A DNA stretch of 64,000 nucleotides from Paraspadella gotoi (lineage: Eukaryota > Animalia > Chaetognatha). The notes under the pieces were generated by a model, which saw nothing but the letters and a program-made list of their open reading frames with translations, was not told the origin of the DNA and made no database searches. Shown here piece after piece: positions 19,551 to 30,087 of the stretch. Location of the stretch: NCBI GenBank assembly GCA_051294375.1, contig JBJCIZ010000239.1, forward strand, positions 2,865,476-2,929,475, read 5' to 3'. Both the position numbers and the translations under genes were made by a program. The first letter of the stretch is position 1; the number at the start of each line of letters is the position of its first letter.

Positions 19551-20156
19551 TCAAGTCTTTCGATTCAGATGAACTTTCTCGATCCATTCGTCGTAGCCTC
19601 CCTTCATTCTCACGGCGCCCTTGTACCCGAGCTTGGCGGCGATCTCGAGGGCGGCGTTGGATTTGACGCCGCCTTGTCCGTAAAACACGATGTTCCTCTC
19701 CGTTTTTTCCGGTTTTTCGACGCCGAACTTTCGACGAAAATCCTTCTCGTCCATCAAGAGCGCGGATTTCAAATCGGAAAGAGGAATGGAGACGGCGCCG
19801 CGAATGGTCCCCGTAATTTCGACGTCCTTGTCGTTTCGAACGTCGATCAGGAAGAACTTTGCGCCGGAATCGACCAACTTGACGACTTCCTCGCATTCGA
19901 TGGAGCGACCCGGGAATTTGACGGGACCCTTTGTCGAAGAGTCATCGTTCTTGGCGTCTTGAGGACTTAGTTTGGACGAGAATCTCGGGGCGAGGGGAAG
20001 GAGTCGGGCGGGCCGCGTTGCGAGCCACGATGACGAGCTGAGCGGTGAACGGAAAAATAAGGAAAAATTTCGCTGGAAAATCAGAGATACTGAGCTGGGA
20101 TTTGCCGAAAAAGTTTTGATCAGAGAAGGAATCAAAGTTTTGTAGATCGTTTTCAT
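19551..20156 (-). CDS. Single-domain rhodanese-like protein with probable mitochondrial presequence; active-site Cys absent
   Basis: FFLIDVRN..EITGTIRGAVSIPL..FRRKFGVEKPEK..NIVFYGQGGVKS..AAKLGY..MKGGYDEW. Ser/Arg/Leu-rich, acid-free N-terminus from ATG 20156; intronless. Confidence 0.85.
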   Translation of the reverse strand: MKTIYKTLIPSLIKTFSANPSSVSLIFQRNFSLFFRSPLSSSSWLATRPARLLPLAPRFSSKLSPQDAKNDDSSTKGPVKFPGRSIECEEVVKLVDSGAKFFLIDVRNDKDVEITGTIRGAVSIPLSDLKSALLMDEKDFRRKFGVEKPEKTERNIVFYGQGGVKSNAALEIAAKLGYKGAVRMKGGYDEWIEKVHLNRKT

Positions 20157-20387
20157 TTTTGATCGGTGATGGAGATCTCTAAATCTAGTGAAAAATTTGT
20201 AACAACTTATAATTCTTCTATAAACGTAATCGCAGTGTTCATTCTTGGTAAAGAAAACTACATCTCGGATCAAGCTCGAACCGCAAGACGATAGACACAT
20301 CAAAGAATTTAAACAGTCTAAATACTAACTAAAACGAAGTGCGAAACAAATAAAAACGGATTTCAATTTGAGCAATCACTTTTGAAA

Positions 20388-22468
20388 TCAAAGCGAGGGA
20401 ATGTTGGACCCATACTCAACGTACATGGCTTCAAGGATTTTCAAATTATTCATAATCGTGTGCTGAAAACAACATCCGTGTTGATCGGGAATGTATTCCC
20501 TTTGCAGAGCCAAAAAGCTTCGAAAACGACCATCAAGAAATCCGTCTTCTCGAGAGTGTTCTCCGTGAAGGTGATTCAAGGTTTTTTCCACATCCAACGA
20601 ATTACGCGCGTCACGCTCCGCCACGCCCACAATCGAGCCAGGCAATTCGATCTCGACCGCAGTGACGCTCGAGCCTTGGGATTCCATTAAGTTGACCGGG
20701 GAGCGAAAAGCGAGAACCGATTTATCGAGAAGTTGATCTCGTAAAAAGGAGGGACCTCGATTTTGCTTCTGAGATCCTGAAAAAAAAAAAAAAATTGAGA
20801 AAATGGATTATCCAGTCTCATCGACGCTGATGCTTAAATCGAGCACAACCTTTCAGAGAAAAGGGCAAAGCCAAAGGCGGATAAGTTTTTACGTTATCCG
20901 GAAGTCGGCGCAAATCCCGCGAGGGGGCGACGACGACGAGACCGACGTCGATTAAAAATACACGAGCGATATTTTTTGGGCACTTGGAATCCATGAGCCA
21001 ACCGCGATGCCATCGCTCGTTAACGAAAACAAGACAAGTAGAATCTGATAGAAAATGTGGTAAATGTCAATCTCATTCGCCGTATTTTGATTTAGTTTTG
21101 ACACATTTTTTTATTCTGTGGGCAAACAAAAGTTATTTTATGAATAACTCATACGCTCATAATAACTTCAGTTATTATATATTATTCAAATGTATTGGGT
21201 ATCCTTTTCTCCTCTCTTAACCTTACCACAAGTCGAGTCGACTTCGTCCCGAAATAACTCGAGTCGCGCGTCCAGAGACCAGAACCAATTCTCTTCCGGT
21301 TCAACTCTTCCCCAAAACCGAAATCCGTCTTCCTCGACGTGAGTCGCGCGTAAACGAAATCGTGAAGGAAGGTTTTCAGCTCGCGCTGCGTAGCTTTAAC
21401 GAGAAAACAATTGCGACCATTTTCTTTCGGATTTGATTTAAGATAAATATCTAAAAAATCGATGCAGTTTGGTGTACCTCAAATCTGAAAATCCGAATCC
21501 GCGTAAAATGCTGTTTAGAAATGTAGTCGTCATCGATTCTGGTACGTATTCCGCAAGACGAATGAGCACCGGAGCCTTGATTCGATCTTGCAATCGAACA
21601 AAAGAGGAAAAGATTAACGAAAGGTAAGGTACTTTTGAGTTTCGGTCGGTCGGTATGTCTGTCCGTCGGACTGTCCCACTTAAGTTAATAATGCACATAA
21701 TTTGCCTCTAGTTAATTGCTCATTTATTAAGACAGAAAAAAACCTCAAATCTAAGGGACTGCTAGCGCCGCCTTCAGGAAATCCAAAAACTATAAATAAT
21801 AATAATAAATAATAAATAATAATGAATTCCGATGCAGTGCATACATAGGTTAAGAAAGTTATTGTATGTCACGTGATGTCACGAGAAATACGTAAAAATA
21901 AAGTCACTGCGGTGCAACCCAATGGAAGTTTTTAACAATGGAACCCTTACATTTTCGTCTTATATCGTCGACTGCACCGACAGATTCGACACTCATACAA
22001 CAACATTAGTCATGTATTTTGTAATTGAATAACTGAAGTCAGCTCTTCTTAAGAATTACCTCTGGCGGTATCCTCAGCGGAAATTTCCTTCAACATCGAA
22101 ATTGGTCGCAATAACTGGGATGGATTCTCTACCAAGGCGACGGGAACCTCCTCCTCGACGCATTCGATCTTCGATTTCATCTTCGCTCCGCGTCCGCCGC
22201 TTTTCTCACGAACCTTGACGACGAAAAGGTCCTCAACGGCGTCGCCGTCGTCGCCGCCGACGACTCGCTTCTCGAATCCACATCCCAAACGCTCGAGAGC
22301 CTCGATCAACGTCCACTCGACCACCCCTTGCTCCGCGGCCAACGAAGTCAAAGGAAATTCCTCGCCAGTTCGGGACTTGTACTCGGTAAGAAAATCTCCG
22401 AGCCGAAAACCTTTCGTTCGATGGAGCAGAGCGCGAACGTGAGTCTCCGTTTGATTTCGTAGATTCAT
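20388..22468 (-). CDS. LOTUS (OST-HTH) + extended Tudor protein, TDRD5/Tejas-like; 4 exons
   Basis: Exon 1 VRALLHRTKGFRLGDFLTEYKSRTGEEFPL..TLIEALERL (LOTUS). Exon 2 (~21386-21226) LRATHVEEDGFRFWGRV. Exon 3 (~21044-20850) CLVFVNERWHRGWL..ARVFLIDVG..DLRRLPDNVKTYPPLALPFSLKG (Tudor). Exon 4 ~20776-20388. Splice phases are consistent. Confidence 0.8.
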
Positions 22469-22524
22469 ATTAAAGAATGGGACGGTATCTGTACAAAGAT
22501 CAAAGGAAAAAATTGACGAGAAAA

Positions 22525-23820
22525 TCACTCCAGTCTAGGTCTTTTGACGGGCGGTTCCGAAGACGGAGATTTTTCTGCATCGAGATCGCTTTTTTCCTTC
22601 AGCTGCAGAACGAGATTTCGTTCGTCGTAACTTTCGCAGTCACGGATTCCTTGTGCCGTCACGCGATAGGAGACCGTCACTTCGGGTTTCGTGGACGACT
22701 TAAAGAGAGTCGCGAATCGGCAATCCCTGGCTGACGCAGCGGACGAGCTCGCGCGATCCCAGTGAAGAAGCAAACGTTGATTCGGAGCGTGGCCCCATGA
22801 GTCGCCGAGTGCGGGGATCAAGTGAGATTGTTTCCGAGGATCCGAGTAAATCTTGGTCGTCATTTGATTGGTCAACAAGACGGCGGGGCCTTGAGAAAAG
22901 TTCAGTTGAGCCCTGGCGACCAGCCGCGACAAATCCTGCAGCAATCCGTTCAACATCCTCGTCCGCCGAGCGAGATCGTCGACGTCCTGGCGAAAATGCA
23001 TGGAGATGCTGTCGATGATGACGAGCACCACTCGATCTCGTTCGAACAAAGACTCGAGATGCTTGAAGGCGGCGAAGAGGTTTTGCAAGGAAACGCAGCG
23101 ACATACCAAGATATTATCGCAAATTGACGTAGGGTCAAATGCGTCAATAATCCCTTGAGAATTTTCGACTTTGCTTTTGAAACGTTCGGCGGTCGCGGCG
23201 GCTATCTCGAAGACACGCTGGGGGACGAAACTGCCTTCCGTATCGAGAACGACGACGCGAGAGAGTCGTGTCGGATCGTTAGACGTTTTTGAGTCTCGGT
23301 CGAAATCCAGCGAATCGGCAGAGTCGACGACACGTTCCCCGTCGTTCTCTCCACCTCTTCGACAAATCTCCTCCGACTCCTCCAAACATTTTAGGAATAA
23401 GGGCGTTTACGGCGAGTTGGATGCAGAGTTGAGTTTTTCCGATTCCCGGAGCCCCGCAACTTCGGTTATGCAGCCGAGAGGGATTCCCGGCCGCCGAACA
23501 GCTCGTCCAGGGAGTTGAGAAGGTGGTGATGTGAGATGGGGAAGAAATCTCGAAGAAACCGTCCAAGCCGACTGGAGAGCCTGAAAAGTGCGGAATTCTG
23601 AGAGAGAGAGAGAAAGGTAAGGGAATCGTAAAGAAAACTCACCCATTTTTTGGATGTGATCGACGACGAGGACGGCTTCGTCCACCGCGATTCCCGTCAC
23701 ATCCCGCACCAAGTCTTTCGCTCTGAGTCCCGTGAAGTCGGAGGAAAATCGAAATCCGCTAGACTTTAATTTATCCTTTAGTTTCGCGCAAAGGGGAAAC
23801 CCGTCCACGTGTTGCGTCAT
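22525..23820 (-). CDS. RAD51C: RAD51C recombinase paralogue; 2 exons, several apparent 1-nt deletions at ~23335-23510
   Basis: HITTFS..LDELFGG.GIPLGCITEV.GAPGIGKTQLCIQLAVNALIPKMFGGVGG (Walker A), LDTEGSF, LVIIDSISMHFR (Walker B), AVLLTNQMTTKI, LIPALGDSWGHA. Confidence 0.92.
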
Positions 23821-24039
23821 CTTTTATAAGTTTTAAAAACGACTAAACAAAAAATTAATAACTTAATCTTAGGTATAAAAAGTCGCGTTCTTATCAAATA
23901 CAAAAATCGGCGAGAGGGGATTAGTTTCTCCAAAAAGTAAACAGCTTTCACCAAAAGACTGAACATTGTTAAAAATTACATATTTCTTTGCCATAAAATA
24001 TCCTTTTCAGATACCAAAAAATATATAAATGTGCGATCG

Positions 24040-24972
24040 AACAAGTTCCAGAGGAAGAATGTGATGATTATTAACAATTACCAAGTACGTGCGATTGGAT
24101 GACAGTAAGTCAAAACTAGGTCTGTTAAAGCACTTAATGCAGGGTCAAACAAAAAAAACCTTTTCATAGTCGGAAGGAAATAAAATTGTAAGAAAAATAA
24201 TTCCGACCTACGACTAAGTCGTTTATACAGATTGATTCAACACATCCGTTTCGATGAAACTTTCACTACCGAAAATCAAAGATAAAATTAAGCTAACGGC
24301 TGGAAGGTCAATCAATGGAACAATATTAATATTAAGACCAATCTAATATTACGACTCCTCCCAACAAAAATCTTAAGCAAAGCTTGCGTGATGTCGAGGT
24401 CACGCTGCATATTTTGGGAACGGGTTAAAAACATCACAGACGGTCTTTAAAAAGGATAAACGAAGAATGCACATTACACGGAGTAGAGGGCGAGTGATGC
24501 GGTAATAAATTTTTAGTATTCGTATCCAGCTTAGGAAAGGACATCTTCATTCGACATTCAATGTAATGAACCATGCTAAACTGCTTGAAAGCTTGACATG
24601 CCAACCACGAGGTAATACTTTCTATTAAATACATCAAATGACNNNNNNNNNNAACAAGTTCCAGAGGGAAGAAATGTGATGATTATTAACAATTACCAAG
24701 TACGTGCGATTGGATGACAGTAAGTCAAAACTAGGTCTGTTAAAGCACTTAATGCAGGGTCAAACAAAAAAAACCTTTTCATAGTCGGAAGGAAATAGAA
24801 TTGTAAGAAAAATAATTCCGACCTACGACTAAGTCGTTTATACAGATTGATTCAACACATCCGTTTCGATGAAACTTTCACTACCGAAAATCAAAGATAA
24901 AATTAAGCTAACGGCTGGAAGGTCAATCAATGGAACAATATTAATATTAAGAACCAATCTAANNNNNNNNNN
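24040..24972. other. Assembly overlap: 24040-24346 is repeated at 24653-24962, between N-gaps (24643-24652, 24963-24972)
   Basis: Near-identical copies differing mainly in homopolymer length (GAGGAAGAATG vs GAGGGAAGAAATG; AAGACC vs AAGAACC). Confidence 0.85.
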
Positions 24973-25267
24973 AATGCCAAAAATAACCTATACGCTAAAA
25001 TACTGATGGGATCATGATTTACCCAGATAGAGGTATCCAATTTGCGATACCGAATGGAAGAAATGAATGAACAATTTAGATTCTCTCAATATTCTTTTGA
25101 GTCATTGGTTGTCAGTTACAATTTTGTAGCAAAAGGAAAAAAAAAACGCCCAAACTAAGGTATCAATGGTATCGTTGTTAAACTTATCCACTTGTTTAGG
25201 TATAGGAGTGGTACTTTAAATACAATATTTCTACACGGTGCGACGAGTTTACGATAGCATGAAACAA

Positions 25268-26936
25268 CTATTTCCCGGGAACGTTTAGACGCAGATCCGT
25301 GAAGCCAACAGTGAGCCTCAAGGCTTTATTCTCAATTATGCTTCGGAGATATGTGATGGACGATTTTTGCTTTTCGTCCGTAATAGAGAGATCTTCGTAA
25401 AGTTGTTTTAAACCGACTCGTTGAGCCGCGTCAACCTGCGGTTTTATCCAAAATGAAAAAAAAAAGTAATAAAAATTAACCAACTAAAAAATTTAAAGCT
25501 CTTTTTCCCCCCTTTATTCTTTATTTAACTGACATTGAATTTGGCGTCTGCTTCCGCCTTGGCGGAGATGTAAGCCGCTTCGGCCGTGGCGTTCTTCCGG
25601 ATTTCGCTGGCTTCGTTCTGAATGTTTCGGACGTGCATCTCCGTCATTTTACGGACGACGGCCGTCTCCTGAACGAACTTCTCCTTTTCGCTGTCCAGTT
25701 GCCGCGTTAACGTGAGGAGGTATCTTTTCTGTACGTCTTGTGGGATTTTTACGTCGCCGAGTTGGAAGTACCTGGACGAGAGAATTAACTAAAACTATTA
25801 CGTAATCGCTAACAAGATAAACAAAAAAAAAAAAGAAGCGAATCAACGCCCGAGGTTTTCGAACCTGACGGTGGAGAAGAGGCCCTTATCGGCCTTCGTA
25901 CAATTCACTCGGGGCGAGATGCAATCCTCGAGACATTGGAAGATCTTCTCGTCGCAGAGAGGCTCGCAGCAATAGCCGCTGAACCTTTTTCGCAAAGCGG
26001 TGAAGATCTTTTGTTCGATTTCGGGACGTCGATCGATGAACTCCCGAGTGGAATACATGGTCACCGCCCCCTGTGGGAAAAGAAAAAATCTCACGAAGCG
26101 GAAAATTTGAAAAAAAAAAAAAAAAAAAAAAAATAATAATAATAACTTTGAAATATTATACCACTTCATTGATAGGGAATGAATAAACGAGACTGTGAGA
26201 GAGTCTTGATTGAAAGCTTGCAGGGACCTGCTATGTCATTATCTTGTAAAAGTGATGGAGGCCTTAAACCACCAAAGCCTGTCCAAAGTCAGGGGCAAGA
26301 TAGCTTATTTATCAAATGAATGGATTATTTTTATATTGTACCAATTTCATAAAAGACGCCGCCGTTTTTTGGTCACCTTGACAACGTCTTTGGCCGTTTG
26401 TTTAAAAACGTCCTCGTAAAATATATCGTATTCGGAATGCAACTCGGCCAAATCGTCTTTGTTGAGGAAGTATTGGATATTGACGGTTATTGTCACTTCC
26501 AGCTTGTCCCTGCGAATGTATTGAAAGTTATTGTACACGTTTCGAAAAATAATAAGAACCAAAGTAAAAAAAGTGATCACCATCAACAAACCTGGTAAAT
26601 ATTTCTATGTCGCGAAGTGAAACTATATGAGCAGTCGCCATGAACGTTTTGAAATACTTATCCGGACCCACCATATGTCGCCCGCTCTCGTAAACGACTG
26701 AAGTGTCCACCGACCCCGTCGATCGGGACTTGACGAAGCCATACTATGAGAAAAGTCAGAAGAGTCATTAATAGATTTAATATCGAAAAATAACAACGTA
26801 AAGTATATATAGGTATTTAATTTACTTCGTAGTAATTAACGTCGGCGAAACTGGACGCTAAAAGGATGATAGTGCCAATGAGTAAGACAACAACAACCGC
26901 GATTCCGCACTTGGTCTGCGCAGAAGTTTCACCCAT
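25268..26936 (-). CDS. SPFH/band-7 domain membrane protein; multi-exon, possible N-terminal extension from exon 27454-27168
   Basis: TM helix GIAVVVVLLIGTIILLASSF, then VYESGRHMVGPDKYFKTF, TRDKLEVTITVNIQYFL, YSTREFIDRRPEIEQKI, RYFQLGDVKIP and an Ala-rich coiled coil NATAEAAYISAKAEADAK. Confidence 0.8.
26146..26353. repeat. Dispersed repeat family A, copy 2
   Basis: Aligns with 692-950 with an internal deletion; fills most of an SPFH-gene intron. Confidence 0.9.
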
Positions 26937-28091
26937 AGCCGAAGATTCGCATGCACCTGGAGAGAAAAGGAATATTGTGTGGAACAACAACAACAACACG
27001 CAATATACGTCCACGATATAAATATACTTCAAAGAAGCGAAAGTAGACAATTTCTCCCAGCAGCAGCTGCGAGACTTTTTCAGAATAAATGGGGAAAATA
27101 TGTACCATGTTGGCATATATCTTGACTATGCGCAATGTGCGAAATGGTTCATACCCGCCCAACTCACCGCCACTGCAGCCGCAGAGATCTGCAAAATCGA
27201 TATCCGCTTCGTCCCGTCTGCGATCCCGCCCGCCGCCGCCGTCCTGACCGTCGGAGTCTCGATCGATTCGATCGTTGCTGCTGCTGCTACTCTGCTGCTG
27301 CTGTTCAGCGGCTGCGGCTGCTGCGCGGCGGCGCGAGCTCGTAGGTTCGGTTATGGCGAAACCGTCGGGGTCTTGCTGAGCCGCGAGTTCGTAGCACTCG
27401 CGATGGGACCAAGGCGAGGAAGGGACAGAAGCCAGGGTGGAGAAGGATGCGAGCCTGGTGACAAGTGCTCTCTCTTTTTTTTAAATCAATTAAGAAACGG
27501 AAGGGGAAAATTACTAAACCGGTTTAATAGGATATTAATTAGCTAGTCCTGTTAACTTGATATGGTTTCATTAAAGAAGCTTGTATTCATAGTTTTTGTT
27601 AATTTTATTTTCAAGGTTACTTCAAGTTGTCCGTTCCCGTTATCTGAGGAGGCTGGGAAGTTCTATTCAAGCCAAATTGGGGGGGGGGGAGATAGGTGGG
27701 GAAGGCTTATTGATTCTTAAAATCACCACCCGCGCCTTTGACTAACCTGTTTTAAGATGCTCAATTCAATAACTTCGTAGATTATGAATTATTTATATTG
27801 GTTGCGAGATTAAAATAAAGGGGAAGTAAAGTCTAAAGGTGCTTTGCTTTCCTCCGCAGAATCACCAAATACGCAATACCGAGCATTATAATGTGGCTTC
27901 ATACAACTACAAATGTGTGAAGGTGAGGTCTAAAATGAATTTAGCAAACAACGATTTCTAATTCAGGGCTGACAAAATAGATACACATAAGCGGATATCG
28001 ACGACACCAAACACGGATCTCGCGAATCACAAGCGAAGAAAAAAAAAAGAGTTTTTTAATTCTTAGCCTTGGACACTAAAAAGAAGAAATG

Positions 28092-28877
28092 TCAGGAGAG
28101 GGCGGCGAACTTGGGCATCTTGTCGCCGGAAAGGACGCGCCTCTCGACGCCTCCCGCCTTGATGGAGGCGAGGCGGATGAGGCCGCCCGAGGATCCATCC
28201 CGCGACATGGCCAGGCTGAGGGTGTTGGCGCAGAAGTCGAGGCACTGCTGCTCCGTCATGCCTTCCTTGAAGGTGGCGTCCACGTAGCCGTAAACGTAAG
28301 TGGAACCTGATCCTCCGATGGCGAAAGGCTGACGAACGCACATCCCGCCAATGGGAACGGAATAGACTTGACCTGTGAACAATTTGAACAATTTGAACAA
28401 TTTGAACAATTTGAAGCCCCGGCGTTTATTTTTTTTTTGTCTATCTTTTTTGCTCTCTCACTCTCTCGCTTTCTCGCTCTCACCCCCATGCTTGCGATCC
28501 CAGCCGGCGACGATGATGCCCGCAGTGAGGGAATCCCGATAGTTGTAACACATTTCCCTGAAGATAGAGGCGGCCGTCTTGACCAGCGCAGGCTCGCCGG
28601 TCTGCACCTCGTAAAAGCTAAGATGGTACTTGACCACGTCGGCGATAGCTTGGGTGTCCGCCGCCGAGCCGGACCGACAACAATAGATGTTGTCGGTGAT
28701 GGGAGTGAGTTTGTCGGTGACTCGATTGGCGATGTAGGCACCCGTCGTTGTGCGGCTGTCGGCCCCGATGACGACGCCATCGGCGTACTCGACCGCCATG
28801 ATGGAAGTGCCGGTGGAATGCTCTTTGGTCATCCACTCGGGGCCGGAAGGAGCCATCATCGTCGCGGAAAAAGACAT
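28092..28877 (-). CDS. PSMB6: Proteasome subunit beta type-6 (beta1), 2 exons
   Basis: Propeptide ..HSTG|[74 protein letters not shown]. Intron approx 28373-28483. Confidence 0.96.
28376..28414. repeat. 9-bp tandem repeat (TGAACAATT)x4 at the 3' end of the PSMB6 intron
   Basis: Directly visible. Confidence 0.9.
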
Positions 28878-30087
28878 GGTAATGTGGACGAGTTTTTAGA
28901 TGGAAATTGTAAGAATATATGGTTTCTGCAATAGATCATTTGTTTTAAAATAAGCCAGGATAAACGAACAAAAAATGTCTGGCAATCAGTGAATTAGGAA
29001 ATATTCTGTCGATTGTGAATTTTGCTTTTTCTCTTTCTTTATATTTATGATGTAAAGAATAACAAGATATGATATAAAGGACTAGATTCTATGTAAGCAC
29101 ATGGGTGAGGTCTCATTTTTATCGCTAATAAAAAGGATAACAAATTGTATCGAAGCTTCTCCTGATAAAATTGAGGTTTTTTGATTATATTAATTTCGTC
29201 AGACCCAATTTTACAGAATATTGTTACCCTGGTGCTAATTTGAAATAAAGGTTAGACATAATAAAGTTATTGTTTAATGAAAATTGTTAATTTAAAAAAA
29301 AAAAAACAGTCGGGCATTAAAACAAATAAAAAATTAAACGATTATAATATTTTTAAAAGAAACCCAGGACTAATAGAGATATTCCCCTTAACTTGTAGGG
29401 TTGCTGGGGTAGGTCGGACTTTCACAGATTTGGGGCGACTACTTTGCGAACGAAACTTGACGCAACGATTTGAATCTACGAGATAAAGAAATATACTATT
29501 GCCATAGTACAATCAGCTAAATCTTAATTTCAAAGGCAACTATCATCTAACTAAGTACTATGTATATCAAATACGCTTCCAAAAAAAATTTAAAGAATAC
29601 TAAATAGAAAACTTTGCTCAGAAAATACGTACGTCGATTGTCGACATTTTTATTAAGCATACCCTTTTCAAGAGCATTCCAGCAATCCTCGCTAGAACCA
29701 AAATTAAAAAAAATGGCACATAAAAAACAAAATTACAACAAAAAAAAGCGAGACAAATTGAATGACGATTGAATGACAAATTGAATGACGATTGACGAAT
29801 GACTATCTGACGAGAACAAAAAAAATGTGTTCTCAACAAGAAACGAATGAAAACGAACCACGGGGACAATCACATAGAAATTGGTGAGTTTTTTTTTTCT
29901 CGATGAGAACGATTGTCGAATGGAGACGAAACATAAAAAAAATGAGTTTCAATGGATTCGGTGAAGAAGAGCCCGGTGTTAAAAACGATTAAGTATCAAG
30001 TTAAAAGAGTTAATTCCGATCATATTACTAAACTTCAAAAAAAAAAAGTTATATTAATTATATAAAACTTTTAATCGTTTAAATATT

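Noticed and set aside
22525-23820. RAD51C pseudogene
   Set aside because: All lesions are homopolymer shortenings, motifs are intact, and the same error type occurs elsewhere in the window.
24040-24972. 310-bp direct duplication resembling LTRs
   Set aside because: The second copy is bounded by N-gaps on both sides and differs mostly in homopolymer length, so it is an assembly overlap.
28376-28414. CRISPR-like or functional repeat array
   Set aside because: A simple 9-bp intronic minisatellite with no spacers, in a eukaryotic context.
29755-29812. Imperfect ATTGAATGAC tandem repeat downstream of DENND5
   Set aside because: Short degenerate slippage repeat with no other support.
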